Notes: generated by a model not told the origin, from the sequence alone. Positions 32,399-42,854 are shown, counted from the first letter of the whole stretch. The stretch: DNA of 63,679 nt, filler included, from 4 parts of 4 records of this genome joined end to end with filler, not necessarily neighbours in it, one strand, 5' to 3'. Numbers and translations are program-made.

Positions 32399-34203
32399 CA
32401 AAAGGCCTGCCCGATCCCAAGGTAGAATTGCAGCCCGTCCCCTGTATCGCCCTGAACCGGAACAGCCAGGTCAAAGCGCAAGGGGCCGAAGCCACCCAGA
32501 TCATATCGAATGCCAAGCCCCGCGCCAGAATGCTCTTCTGCGCCACTGCCTATGAATGAAGACGTGTCGACCACACCATAATCGTAGAATCCAACCAATG
32601 AGATCGTGTCGGTGACCTTTCCGCGTACTTCAGCCGACAATCCCAGGAAGGACTTGCCACCTGCGACCCCATCACCGACCGGTATGCCGAGGCTTTCATA
32701 CGGCTGGCCACGCACTGTTCCCGCGCCCCCTGAGAAGAACAGAAAGTCAGGGGTAACGCCGTCTGGTGGTGGCCCAAGGACAGATCCCAGCTGAACACGT
32801 CCCGCCAGCACCAACCGACCGCCTGTGCCCAGATCGTTATAGGCGCGCCCGTCGAAGAACATCCTCAGCCCGGTATCCGTGCCGGAAAGCCCGACAAAAG
32901 GCATCACCTGCGAATCTAGATAATAGCCCCGGGTAGCGCTAACCTTGCTGTCCCGCTCATCCCATTCTGATCGGAAGGGCAGGATAAAGTATCGAAATTT
33001 GCGCCCATCACCATATGCATCATCTGCGTCCGACCATTGGAAGCCGGCCGAGGCTTCGGCATAAAGCCGGTCCGAGAAGGTGCGGCGCGCACCATAGGCT
33101 AGCGAGGCGACCGAGACGTTATAATTCTCGGTGTTGCGCCGTTCGAGAAGGGCGCTCCAGAAGGTATTGTCATCGGGGCCAAGCCGGTCAGGTTGATCCA
33201 GACGCAAGCCAATGCGGCCGTCGATATCCTCGGCCCCGCCTATGTTGCGGATGGCGGCTTCGAACCGTAGCCGCTCGGCCCGACGGAACACGTTCCGATG
33301 GGTCCATGTGGCGGTCACGTCTACCCCATCGCGCGAGGCGATCTCGGCGCCGAAGGTCAGTCGGCGCGGTGGCAGGTCTTCGAAAGTCGCGTCAAAATCC
33401 AGCGTGCCATCGGGGTTTGGCTCATCATGTTCCTTGAGCGAGACCGTGCTGAACGTGCCCGTGCGCCGCAGCCGGGTTCCAACCTTTTGCACCTGTTCCG
33501 GAGAGTAAACTTCACCCGAGGGGAACCCCGCTATTTTTTCGATCGACCTATGACGGACATTCGTATCGCCTTGGATGATCATCTTTCCGAACTGCAACTT
33601 TGGCCCTGGGGCCAGATCAATCGTGGCGTCCAACCGCGCCTGCGCGTGACGCGCGATCACTTTTTGATCTTCCACCTCTGCTTTGGCATGGCCGGTATTG
33701 CGCCAGCCCTGTACTCCAGCCGAGGCTGCCTGTTGTATTGCCCCTGTGGTGGCAGTTTTGCCCGTGGCGAACTCTTCGGGCAATTCGGTGTCCGGCGCCA
33801 GCGGTTGTACGACTGCCGTCCCAAACTTGAACTTCCGTCCTGGTGTCACCAGAATCGTTGCCCGCTTGAACTGGGCAGGAACATTCAACGAGTTGATTTT
33901 CGCGGCTTCCTGCCCGTCCAGTTTGATGCTGACAACGGGGCTGAAATAGCCTTCGTCATACATGATCTGAACGATAGTGCGGTAATCGGATAGAGCCGCG
34001 GATAGGATTTCCAGTGATGTATCCAGCCCGCGCGATTCTGAGGTAAAGACTGATGAGGTCTCCTCCAGCCTATCCACCAGGTCTTCGGATGCACCAGGGG
34101 CGGACAGAGTGGTTTCCAGCGCATTTGCGAGATTGGGAGCAAGGGCAATCAGCGCGCCAAAAAGCCAGCATCTCAGAACGCCGCGCGGTCTGCTCCCTGT
34201 CAT
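32398..34203 (-). CDS. tamA: Autotransporter assembly factor TamA (Omp85 family)
   Basis: POTRA-like region, GGAGTVRGQPY, GPLRFDLAVP, C-terminal YLGIGQAF. Confidence 0.93.
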   Translation of the reverse strand: MTGSRPRGVLRCWLFGALIALAPNLANALETTLSAPGASEDLVDRLEETSSVFTSESRGLDTSLEILSAALSDYRTIVQIMYDEGYFSPVVSIKLDGQEAAKINSLNVPAQFKRATILVTPGRKFKFGTAVVQPLAPDTELPEEFATGKTATTGAIQQAASAGVQGWRNTGHAKAEVEDQKVIARHAQARLDATIDLAPGPKLQFGKMIIQGDTNVRHRSIEKIAGFPSGEVYSPEQVQKVGTRLRRTGTFSTVSLKEHDEPNPDGTLDFDATFEDLPPRRLTFGAEIASRDGVDVTATWTHRNVFRRAERLRFEAAIRNIGGAEDIDGRIGLRLDQPDRLGPDDNTFWSALLERRNTENYNVSVASLAYGARRTFSDRLYAEASAGFQWSDADDAYGDGRKFRYFILPFRSEWDERDSKVSATRGYYLDSQVMPFVGLSGTDTGLRMFFDGRAYNDLGTGGRLVLAGRVQLGSVLGPPPDGVTPDFLFFSGGAGTVRGQPYESLGIPVGDGVAGGKSFLGLSAEVRGKVTDTISLVGFYDYGVVDTSSFIGSGAEEHSGAGLGIRYDLGGFGPLRFDLAVPVQGDTGDGLQFYLGIGQAF

Positions 34204-34356
34204 TGTCTGGCTCCAACTGCCCCAAGTCGAAATCGCTATGGCCGCGATACAAAAAGAATGCGGCTTGTTGAATTCATTTAGAGCATTTGGCAGCGCGAAG
34301 GGAAAGAACTAAACCAAGTTCAGAGGCTTTTATTAACTAACCCACAGCCCAAATCA

Positions 34357-35580
34357 CTACAGATCGGCATTCCGGAACCAACGGATGATCGCGACCCGAT
34401 CTTCGGGTTCCATATAGGTGACGTTCGCGGGCGGCATGGCGTGGGTAACACCGGACTGCAGGTAGATCTGCTGTGCATTGCGCGCAATGTCGGCCTCGGT
34501 TTCCAGCAACACGCCTTTGGGTGCCCATAGGATGCCTTCCCAAACAGGCTCGCGTGCGTGGCACATCGAACAACGGCCCAGCACGATGTCATGCGCTTCT
34601 TCAAATCCGTCAGCCGCCGCGAATTTTTGTTCATAGGGTGTCAATTGCTGTGCTTCGGCCTCTTCCAGCGGGTCGTGCAGCGAGGCGGTCGACAGCCACA
34701 TGATGGTGATGAACAACAAAGCCGTCACCAACCAGGTCCAGGTTGGATTACCTGCACGGGCGTGCAGCGTGTTGAAATAATGCCGGATTGTGACACCCAT
34801 CAGAAAGACCAGCGCGGCAATGATCCAGTTGTATTCGGTGGCAAATGCCAGCGGGTAGTGGTTCGACAACATCAAGAACAAAACTGGCAAGGTCAGATAG
34901 TTGTTATGAGTCGAACGCAGCTTGGCGATTTTGCCGTATTTCGGATCAGGGGTGCGCCCATTCTTCAGGTCATCCACGACGATGCGCTGGTTTGGCATGA
35001 TGATGAAGAACACATTTGCCGTCATGATCGTGGCGGTAAATGCGCCCAGATGCAGCATCATCGCGCGGCCAGTGAAGATTTGATTGTAGCCCCAGCCCAT
35101 TACGACGAGCAGCACGAATAGCAGGACCATCAGCAGCGTCGGGCGTTCACCAAGGCCCGATTTGCACAGGTAGTCATAAATGAGCCAGCCAATGGTCAGC
35201 GAGGCCGCCGAGATCAGAATGCCCTGCCACAGCGCCAGATCAGCTTTCTGTGCATCAATCAGATAAAGTTCGCCCCCGACCCAGTAGACGATCATCAATA
35301 GTGCCGCGCCGCTCAGCCATGTTGCGTAGCTCTCCCATTTAAACCAGGTCAGATGGTCCGGCATCCGTTCTGGTGCGACCAGATATTTTTGGATGTGATA
35401 AAAGCCCCCGCCGTGGACCTGCCATTCTTCGCCGTCTGCAGGTCCGGGAATGTCGCGGTTCAATCCAAGGTCTAACGCTATGAAATAAAAGGATGATCCG
35501 ATCCAGGCGATGGCCGTGATGACATGCAGCCAACGCACGGCAAATGCGATCCAGTCCCAGAACACGGCGAAGTCGTACAT
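34357..35580 (-). CDS. puuD: Membrane urate hydroxylase PuuD with C-terminal cytochrome c
   Basis: RWLHVITAIAWIGSSFYF, WQVHGGGFY, WFKWESY, RSTHNNY, CSMCH heme motif. Confidence 0.92.
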   Translation of the reverse strand: MYDFAVFWDWIAFAVRWLHVITAIAWIGSSFYFIALDLGLNRDIPGPADGEEWQVHGGGFYHIQKYLVAPERMPDHLTWFKWESYATWLSGAALLMIVYWVGGELYLIDAQKADLALWQGILISAASLTIGWLIYDYLCKSGLGERPTLLMVLLFVLLVVMGWGYNQIFTGRAMMLHLGAFTATIMTANVFFIIMPNQRIVVDDLKNGRTPDPKYGKIAKLRSTHNNYLTLPVLFLMLSNHYPLAFATEYNWIIAALVFLMGVTIRHYFNTLHARAGNPTWTWLVTALLFITIMWLSTASLHDPLEEAEAQQLTPYEQKFAAADGFEEAHDIVLGRCSMCHAREPVWEGILWAPKGVLLETEADIARNAQQIYLQSGVTHAMPPANVTYMEPEDRVAIIRWFRNADL

Positions 35581-35658
35581 CGATTAAGTCTCCGATTGCT
35601 TGCTTGCCACACTAGGCAAACGGGCTTTTCTTCGGTATTCCCGTATATTGTCAAACTG

Positions 35659-35675
35659 TATCAAAAAAAACGATA
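35659..35675. promoter_or_regulatory. Possible LysR-type box between divergent puuD and the LysR gene
   Basis: TATC-N9-GATA dyad containing T-N11-A. Confidence 0.4.
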
Positions 35676-35677
35676 AG

Positions 35678-36592
35678 ATGTCCTATCTCGACAACATTCG
35701 CACCTTCGTCCGGGTTTACGATCTCGGCAGTATGTCTGCCGCAGGTCGTGATATGCGGATTTCGCCTGCGGTGACGTCGGCACGGATTTCGCAGCTAGAA
35801 GATCATCTGGGGGTGCGCCTGTTCCAGCGAACGACGCGCAACCTGACCCCGACCGAGCAGGGACGGGCGTTCTACCCCGGTGCGGTTGCGGTTCTGGATG
35901 CGGTTGATGAAGCCGAAGCACAGGTGACGCATTTGACAGAAGCGCCCCGCGGATCGCTGTTTGTAGCGGCACCATTGGGGGTTGGGCGCCGTTTATTGGC
36001 GCCCCATGTGCCTGATTTTCTGTCAGAATATCCAGAAATTGATGTGCGACTAAGATTGACGGACCGATCCGTTGACCTGACCACCGAAGGGCTGGATCTG
36101 GCGTTCTTCATCGGTCAACCAGAGGATAGCACACTGCGCATCCGCAAGATCGCAGATTGCCAGCGTGTGTTATGCGCTGCCCCCGACTATGTGAAACGTC
36201 AGGGGATGCCGGAAACTGGTGCTGAACTGATTTCAGGCAAGCATGAGTGCTTGAACCTGCGCTTTCCCGGAGCGACGGAGTTTCAGTGGATGCTGGAAAC
36301 ATCCGACGGGCCGAAACGGTTTGCAGTCTCGGGTCGCTATGAATGTGACGACGGCGACGTGCTGACGGATTGGGCGTTGTCCGGACAGGGTATCGCCATG
36401 AAACCGGTCTTTGAGGTGTCGGATCACCTGAAAGCAGGGCGACTGATCCCGGTGGTGACACAAACGCCCCCGGTTCCGGTGCAAATGGCGTGCCTATATA
36501 CCCATCGTCGCCATCAGGACCCCAAGGCCCGGTTGTTCATGGATTTCATGATCGACCGGATCGGTAAAGTCGTCCGAAGCACCGAAACCTGA
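35678..36592 (+). CDS. LysR-family transcriptional regulator
   Basis: N-terminal HTH GSMSAAGRDMRISPAVTSARISQLEDHLGVRLFQRTTR. Confidence 0.95.
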   Translation: MSYLDNIRTFVRVYDLGSMSAAGRDMRISPAVTSARISQLEDHLGVRLFQRTTRNLTPTEQGRAFYPGAVAVLDAVDEAEAQVTHLTEAPRGSLFVAAPLGVGRRLLAPHVPDFLSEYPEIDVRLRLTDRSVDLTTEGLDLAFFIGQPEDSTLRIRKIADCQRVLCAAPDYVKRQGMPETGAELISGKHECLNLRFPGATEFQWMLETSDGPKRFAVSGRYECDDGDVLTDWALSGQGIAMKPVFEVSDHLKAGRLIPVVTQTPPVPVQMACLYTHRRHQDPKARLFMDFMIDRIGKVVRSTET

Positions 36593-36594
36593 AT

Positions 36595-36951
36595 CTAACT
36601 GCCCCTGTAGGTCGAATAGCCGTAAGCGGACAAAAGCAAGGGTACATGGTAGTGCGCGTCTGCATCGGACATGCCAAAGCGGATTGGAACCTGATCCAGA
36701 AACAGGGGGTCATCCCCGTCCTGACCGGTTGCGCGCAGGTAATCTCCGGCGAAGAAGATCAGCTCATATGTGCCGGTCTTAAAGTCTTCCTGCGGTAGGA
36801 TCGGGCTGTTGGTGCGACCGTCCGCGTTTGTTTCCATCTCAACCATTTTCCGGTGAGAATTTCCCGACACTTTATAAAGCGCAATTTTCAGCCCCTCGGC
36901 TGGGCAGCCGCGCGCGGTGTCCAGAACGTGAGTTGTCAGATAACCTGCCAA
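36595..36951 (-). CDS. uraH: 5-hydroxyisourate hydrolase
   Basis: LTTHVLDTARG, HYHVPLLLS, C-terminal YRGS. Confidence 0.96.
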   Translation of the reverse strand: MAGYLTTHVLDTARGCPAEGLKIALYKVSGNSHRKMVEMETNADGRTNSPILPQEDFKTGTYELIFFAGDYLRATGQDGDDPLFLDQVPIRFGMSDADAHYHVPLLLSAYGYSTYRGS

Positions 36952-37114
36952 GGGTCTCTCCTTTGTGTTTCTTTTGATGTGCCACAGACTGTGCCAAACC
37001 GCAAAACGGTTGAAATCCCGAAAGAACCGGAAACAGTGTTCGGATTGATTTGATAATCAATGACACGTTTCTAAGGTAAAGCTGTCAAAACACCTAATTG
37101 GAATGGAATACATC

Positions 37115-38533
37115 ATGCAGCCGCCTCGCTACCCCCGCGATATGATCGGATACGGAGCTAACCCGCCTGATGCCGCATGGCCGGGCGGCGCGAAAGTGGC
37201 GGTGCAGATCGTGTTGAACTATGAAGAGGGCGGCGAAAACTGCGTTCTGCACGGGGATGCCGCGTCCGAGGCGTTTTTGTCCGAGATTGTGGGGGCCGCA
37301 CAATGGCCGGGTCAACGCCATTGGAACATGGAATCAATCTATGAATACGGTTCGCGTGCCGGGTTCTGGCGTCTTCACCGGCTTATGAAGGACCTGCCGA
37401 TCACTGTGTATGGTGTGGCAACCGCGTTGGCGCGCTCGCCGGATCAGGTGGCGGCGATGAAATCCGCAGGGTGGGAGATTGCAAGCCACGGCCTGAAATG
37501 GGTTGAACACAAGGATATGCCTGCGGAAGAAGAACGCGCCCAGATCGCTGAGGCGATCCGCCTGCATTCCGAAGTGGTCGGGGATCGCCCGCGCGGCTGG
37601 TACACCGGGCGCTGCTCGGACAACACCGTGCGTCTGGTCGCCGAAGAAGGCGGCTTTGACTATGTCGCCGATACTTATGCAGATGATCTGCCCTATTGGA
37701 TGCGAACCAATGGACGAGATCAGTTGATCGTACCGTATACGCTTGATTGTAACGACATGCGTTTTGCCACACCGCAGGGGTTCAACGCCGGGGATCAGTT
37801 CTATTCTTACCTGAAAGACAGTTTCGATGCGCTTTATGCAGAAGGCGAATGTGGTGCGCCCAAGATGCTTTCGATTGGTCTGCATTGCCGCCTGATCGGA
37901 CGTCCAGGGCGCGTCATGGCACTGAAGAGATTTCTGGATTACGCGCGCGGGTTTTCTGATGTGTGGTTTGCGACGCGGCTGCAGATTGCACAACACTGGG
38001 CGCAAACGCATCCATCTGTTGCGCGCCCGCTGCCGTCGCAGATGGAACGTGACGAATTCGTTTCCACTTATGGCGGCATTTTCGAGCATTCGGAGTGGAT
38101 CGCCGAACGTGCCTATGAACTTGAATTAGGCGCGGCGCATGACACAGCCGGCGGGCTGCACAACGCGCTTACGCGTATGTTCCGATCCGCCTCGGCCGAG
38201 GAACGGCTGGGCGTTCTGACAGCACACCCCGATCTTGCAGGCAAACTGGCGCAGGCCAAGCGATTGACACAAGAAAGCACAACTGAGCAGGCCTCGGCAG
38301 GGCTGGACGCGTTGACGGATGAGGAACGTGAAGCATTCACCGATCTGAATCAGCGCTACACAGATACATTCGGGTTCCCGTTCATCATCGCTGTGCGGGA
38401 CTATGACAAGGCCTCGATCCTGCGTGCGTTTGAGCGGCGTATCGAACAGGATCGCGACACCGAATTCACCGAGGCCTGCCGACAGGTTGAAAGGATCGCC
38501 GAATTCCGACTGCGCGATGTGCTGCCATCATGA
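37115..38533 (+). CDS. puuE: Allantoinase PuuE fused to OHCU decarboxylase (UraD domain)
   Basis: RYPRDMIGYG, NYEEGGE, YEYGSRAGFWR; C-terminal FEHSEW, AHPDLAGK, FGFPFIIAV. Confidence 0.93.
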   Translation: MQPPRYPRDMIGYGANPPDAAWPGGAKVAVQIVLNYEEGGENCVLHGDAASEAFLSEIVGAAQWPGQRHWNMESIYEYGSRAGFWRLHRLMKDLPITVYGVATALARSPDQVAAMKSAGWEIASHGLKWVEHKDMPAEEERAQIAEAIRLHSEVVGDRPRGWYTGRCSDNTVRLVAEEGGFDYVADTYADDLPYWMRTNGRDQLIVPYTLDCNDMRFATPQGFNAGDQFYSYLKDSFDALYAEGECGAPKMLSIGLHCRLIGRPGRVMALKRFLDYARGFSDVWFATRLQIAQHWAQTHPSVARPLPSQMERDEFVSTYGGIFEHSEWIAERAYELELGAAHDTAGGLHNALTRMFRSASAEERLGVLTAHPDLAGKLAQAKRLTQESTTEQASAGLDALTDEEREAFTDLNQRYTDTFGFPFIIAVRDYDKASILRAFERRIEQDRDTEFTEACRQVERIAEFRLRDVLPS

Positions 38534-39015
38534 CGCGGATCGTCGCAGAAACGATCTCGGCCGAAGCTTTTGCGCCTTTTGGCGATCTGATCGATATCAC
38601 GGGCGCGCCCGATAAGATCATCAATCAGGGCCAATGCGGGCGTTATCATGACCGGGCGAAGCTGGATTTCGGAGATGCGCGCGCAGGTATCAGCCTGTTC
38701 AATGCCAACCCACGAGAATTGCCTTATCTGCTCGACATGGTCGAGCGTCATCCAGATGGCAGTCAGGCATTCATTCCAATGACCCATCAACCGTTTTTGG
38801 TGGTCGTAGCCCCCGATGAAAGGGGGCAACCGGGCCAACCACGCGCCTTCATCACGAATCCCGGGCAGGCTGTGAATTATCATCGAGGCACCTGGCACGG
38901 GGTGCTGACCCCTATGCATGGGCCCGGCCTGTTCGCGGTCGTTGATCGGATCGGAGACGGACCGAACTTGGAAGAATACTGGTTCAGCACACCGTTCGAG
39001 GTTGTCGACCGCTGA
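38530..39015 (+). CDS. allA: Ureidoglycolate lyase
   Basis: AFAPFGDLI, ERHPDGSQAFIP, NYHRGTWH. Confidence 0.92.
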   Translation: MTRIVAETISAEAFAPFGDLIDITGAPDKIINQGQCGRYHDRAKLDFGDARAGISLFNANPRELPYLLDMVERHPDGSQAFIPMTHQPFLVVVAPDERGQPGQPRAFITNPGQAVNYHRGTWHGVLTPMHGPGLFAVVDRIGDGPNLEEYWFSTPFEVVDR

Positions 39016-39082
39016 AACCATAAGTGAAGCCGCCAGAGAAACGGCAAGAACCCCATTGGATCTTAGGGAGGACAATGAGATC

Positions 39083-40510
39083 ATGGCCGAAACTTCGATA
39101 GGAACCCCAGAACAGCTGCGGGATCCGAACTACACACCTGCCTTATACAAGGCGATACCGCTGGGCATTCAGCATGTGCTGGCGATGTTCGTCTCAAACG
39201 TAACCCCGGCTATTATCGTGGCCGGAGCAGCCGGATTTGGATTTGGGTCAAATTCACCCGATTTTCCAGAACTGCTCTATCTGATCCAGATGTCGATGCT
39301 GTTCGCGGGGCTGGCGACTTTGCTGCAGACCGTAACGCTAGGTCCGGTCGGTGCTGCGCTGCCGATCGTTCAGGGAACAAGCTTTGCATTTCTGCCTATC
39401 ATGATCCCACTGGTTGCCGGAAAAGGAGTGGATGCGCTTGCGGCACTGTTTGGCGGCGTGTTGATCGGCGGTCTCTTCCACGCGTTTCTTGGCCTGTTCA
39501 TCGGGAAAATACGGTTTGCACTTCCGCCTCTGGTGACCGGGCTGGTTGTCACAATGATTGGTTTGGCGCTGGTCAAAGTGGGGATTCAATATGCGGCCGG
39601 GGGCGTACCCGCGATTGGTACCCCGGAATATGGATCGCTGCTCAACTGGTCGGCGGCGCTGGTTGTGGTCATTGTGACACTGGGGCTCAAGTTCTTTGCA
39701 CGCGGCATGCTGTCGGTATCCGCTGTTCTGATCGGTTTGGCTGTTGGATATGTTTATGCCTTGATGGTCGGCATGGTGACGTTTGAAGCGATTGGTACAA
39801 GCTGGTCGCGCGCTTCGGTCTTTGCGCTGCCGGTCCCTTTTAAATATGGCTTTGAATTCTCATTGGCCGCTGTGATCGGGTTTTGCCTGATGTCTTTCGT
39901 CTCGGCCATAGAGACGGTTGGCGATGTGTCGGGTATCACCAAAGGTGGTGCGGGTCGCGAGGCAACAGACAAGGAAATCGAAGGCGCAACATTTGCCGAT
40001 GGTTTCGGAACCGCGATCGCAGGTCTGTTCGGCGGATTCCCCAACACGTCGTTCAGCCAGAATGTCGGGTTGATTGCGATGACCGGTGTCATGAGCCGCC
40101 ATGTGGTGACCTGTGGAGCCTTGTTCCTGATCCTATGTGGTCTGGTGCCAAAGGTCGGTGCGATCATTCGCACAGTGCCCATCGAAGTGCTGGGCGGTGG
40201 TGTAATCGTCATGTTCGGTATGGTGGTCGCAGCGGGTATCTCGATGTTGTCGGATGTGGATTGGAACCGTCGCAACATGGTGATCTTTGCAATATCGCTG
40301 TCGATTGGTCTTGGACTGCAACTGGAGCCGGGCGCAGTTCAGCACCTGCCGGATACACTGCGCATCCTGATGACCAGTGGACTGTTGCCAGCAGCCCTGA
40401 TTGCCATCGTGCTAAATCTGATCCTGCCAGAAGAACTGGCCGAAGAATCAACCGAAGAAGTTTCAGGCGGAATGGCTGGTCATGGCGCCGGTACATTGCC
40501 CCACGATTGA
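39083..40510 (+). CDS. NCS2 nucleobase:cation symporter (xanthine/uric acid permease)
   Basis: GIQHVLAMF, LPIVQGTSFAF, NAT motif TSFSQNVGLIAMTG. Confidence 0.93.
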   Translation: MAETSIGTPEQLRDPNYTPALYKAIPLGIQHVLAMFVSNVTPAIIVAGAAGFGFGSNSPDFPELLYLIQMSMLFAGLATLLQTVTLGPVGAALPIVQGTSFAFLPIMIPLVAGKGVDALAALFGGVLIGGLFHAFLGLFIGKIRFALPPLVTGLVVTMIGLALVKVGIQYAAGGVPAIGTPEYGSLLNWSAALVVVIVTLGLKFFARGMLSVSAVLIGLAVGYVYALMVGMVTFEAIGTSWSRASVFALPVPFKYGFEFSLAAVIGFCLMSFVSAIETVGDVSGITKGGAGREATDKEIEGATFADGFGTAIAGLFGGFPNTSFSQNVGLIAMTGVMSRHVVTCGALFLILCGLVPKVGAIIRTVPIEVLGGGVIVMFGMVVAAGISMLSDVDWNRRNMVIFAISLSIGLGLQLEPGAVQHLPDTLRILMTSGLLPAALIAIVLNLILPEELAEESTEEVSGGMAGHGAGTLPHD

Positions 40511-40524
40511 GGATCGCAAGCATC

Positions 40525-40550
40525 CCCGCAGCGCAATTTTGCGCTGCGGG
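40525..40550. terminator. Hairpin between convergent permease and gap-like genes
   Basis: CCCGCAGCGCAA / TTGCGCTGCGGG perfect inverted repeat. Confidence 0.7.
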
Positions 40551-41540
40551 CTACTCCGCTTCGGCCATAAGACGGGCGACATCAAGCATGCGGGCCGAAA
40601 ACCCCCATTCATTGTCGTACCAGCCAAACACCCTGACCTGATGTTCGTGAACCATGCGCGTTTCGGGCCCGGCAAGCACCAGTGATTCCGGGCGGGCCCG
40701 CAGGTCGGACGAAACCAAGGGCAGATCGGTCCAGCCCAACACGGCTGAGCCGGCAACCGCTTCGCCAAGCGCGTGCTCGAACTGCTCTGCATTCATGCCG
40801 CGTTTAAGTGTGGCAGTAAGATCAACGGCAGATACGCTTGCGGTTGGAACACGCACCGCAGCCCCTGAAATGCGACCGGCCAGATCAGGCAACACGACAT
40901 CAATCAGTTGCGTCGCGCTTGAGGTCGTGGGCACCATCGACAAAGCCCCGGCGCGTGAACGCGCCAGATCACCGCGCGGTGCATCAACCATCGGCTGGCT
41001 GTTGGTATAGCAGTGTATCGTGGTCATATGCCCGGACATCAAACCGCCGATTTCGTCGATCACCTTGACCAGTGGAGCCAGCCCGTTGGTTGTGCAGGAT
41101 GCGTTTGAGACGATGCGCGCGTTACCCAGTTGATCTTCATTTGCACCCAGAACAACCGTGACCTCAGCAGCAGGTGAGGGACCGGATATCAGCACCTTTC
41201 GCGCCCCGGCGCTCAATCCCCGGCTGGCCACGTCTGATGTGCGGGCGATCCCGGTGCAATCGAGTATGACATCGACGTCCGACAGATCGACCTGTGCCAG
41301 ATCTGCACTGTGTGACATCGGGATAATCCGGCCATCGATGTTCAGCGCTGCGCCTTCTTGCGTTACCGGACCCGGATATGGCCCGAACGTGCTGTCGTAT
41401 TTGAACAGATAAGCACAGGTTTCAAGCGGTGCGATGTCGTTGATCAGCACCAGTTTGATATCCGAATGCTGCGGCAGGCTTAGGACCTGACGCAGGATGG
41501 TGCGGCCGATACGACCGAATCCGTTGATCGCAAGTTTCAT
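40551..41540 (-). CDS. Type I GAPDH-family dehydrogenase (divergent paralog)
   Basis: INGFGRIGR, SNASCTTNGLAP, RVPT, WYDNEWGFS. Confidence 0.9.
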   Translation of the reverse strand: MKLAINGFGRIGRTILRQVLSLPQHSDIKLVLINDIAPLETCAYLFKYDSTFGPYPGPVTQEGAALNIDGRIIPMSHSADLAQVDLSDVDVILDCTGIARTSDVASRGLSAGARKVLISGPSPAAEVTVVLGANEDQLGNARIVSNASCTTNGLAPLVKVIDEIGGLMSGHMTTIHCYTNSQPMVDAPRGDLARSRAGALSMVPTTSSATQLIDVVLPDLAGRISGAAVRVPTASVSAVDLTATLKRGMNAEQFEHALGEAVAGSAVLGWTDLPLVSSDLRARPESLVLAGPETRMVHEHQVRVFGWYDNEWGFSARMLDVARLMAEAE

Positions 41541-41594
41541 GCGCAAGCTATGGCAGGCAGATCAGGCGATCTCAATGAAAGTATTGTACCAATT

Positions 41595-41918
41595 TCAGTT
41601 GCAGCTAACCTGCGAGAAAAACTGGCCGGAGATGTTCTGGTACATGCTGGAGTAGATCGCCTTGCAACCGGTTGCCTGCTGTATAGCGGCCATTGCTTGG
41701 ATGGTGCGCAGACGCGGCGGGGGCCCAAATGGGTTCAGATTGTTGTTGTCCCGTGTGGCCCGATAGACCACCGGCGCGTCCGAAACCTGTGTCACTGCCC
41801 AGGTGCGGCTCATGACGAAAACGGATTTGGTTTCTTCCTTCGCTGCAACCGGGGCAGCATTGAACGCCGAAAGGCCAAGAGTGGCAACCAGTGCAATCAT
41901 CGTACCGCGCAGTAACAT
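41595..41918 (-). CDS. Small secreted hypothetical protein
   Basis: Signal-peptide-like N-terminus; AIQQATGC motif; fills the gap between recognised genes; GGAG before the start. Confidence 0.7.
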   Translation of the reverse strand: MLLRGTMIALVATLGLSAFNAAPVAAKEETKSVFVMSRTWAVTQVSDAPVVYRATRDNNNLNPFGPPPRLRTIQAMAAIQQATGCKAIYSSMYQNISGQFFSQVSCN

Positions 41919-42020
41919 CGAACAATCTCCAGTGCTGAAAACTCATGTGATTTCATCAGATTCCAGCGATTCTGAAAACCCCCATACCGGACATCTTACG
42001 GATAACGCAGCGTTCGTCAG

Positions 42021-42854
42021 CTATCGCGCGGATAGGGACAGAGGCATGTGCCGGTTCACATCCTTGTAGAGCAGATAGCGAAACCGCCCCGGTCCGCCCG
42101 CATAACAGGCCTGTGGGCAGAAGGCGCGCAGCCACATATAATCACCCGCCTCGACCTCGACCCAATCCTGATTGAGGCGATAGACCGCTTTGCCCTCAAG
42201 CACATAAAGGCCGTGCTCCATCACGTGGGTTTCTGCAAAGGGGATCACACCGCCGGGTTCGAAATTGACGATGTTGACGTGCATGTCGTGGCGAAGATCG
42301 TGAGGATCGGTAAAGCGCGTGGTGGACCAGCGGCCTTGGGTGCCGGGCATCTCATTGGGTGTCACATCGCATTCATTTGTGATGATCGGGTCCGGGGCGG
42401 GCAGGCCGGGCACGGCCTGATAGGCTTTGCGCACCCAATGGAACCGAGCGACGGTATCGGCGCGGTTGTGCAGCGCCCAGGTGCTGCCCGGCGGGATATA
42501 GGCGTATCCGCCGGTTTCCAGGACGTGATCCGCGTCATTCAGGGTCAGTGTGACAGTGCCTTCGACCACAAAGATCACGCCTTGCGCATTTGGGTCGGTT
42601 TCAGGGGTATCGCTGCCACCGCCGGGCTGCACCTCCATGATATACTGCGAGAATGTCTCGGCAAATCCGCTTAGAGGCCGGGACAGGACCCACAGGCGCG
42701 TCCCTTCCCAAAAAGGCAAAAAACTGGTCACGATGTCGCGCATCGTGCCTTTCGGGATCACCGCATAAGCGTCGGTGAACATGGCGCGGTCGGTCAATAG
42801 CTGGTCCTGCCCTGGGTGCCCGCCTGTCGGCGCGTAATATTTAGGATGTGTCAT
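42021..42854 (-). CDS. (S)-ureidoglycine aminohydrolase (bicupin, AllE/YlbA-like)
   Basis: FAETFSQY, DMHVNIV, ETHVMEHGLYVLEG, FCPQACYAGG, YLLYKDVNRH; start placed at MTHPKYY. Confidence 0.92.
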   Translation of the reverse strand: MTHPKYYAPTGGHPGQDQLLTDRAMFTDAYAVIPKGTMRDIVTSFLPFWEGTRLWVLSRPLSGFAETFSQYIMEVQPGGGSDTPETDPNAQGVIFVVEGTVTLTLNDADHVLETGGYAYIPPGSTWALHNRADTVARFHWVRKAYQAVPGLPAPDPIITNECDVTPNEMPGTQGRWSTTRFTDPHDLRHDMHVNIVNFEPGGVIPFAETHVMEHGLYVLEGKAVYRLNQDWVEVEAGDYMWLRAFCPQACYAGGPGRFRYLLYKDVNRHMPLSLSAR

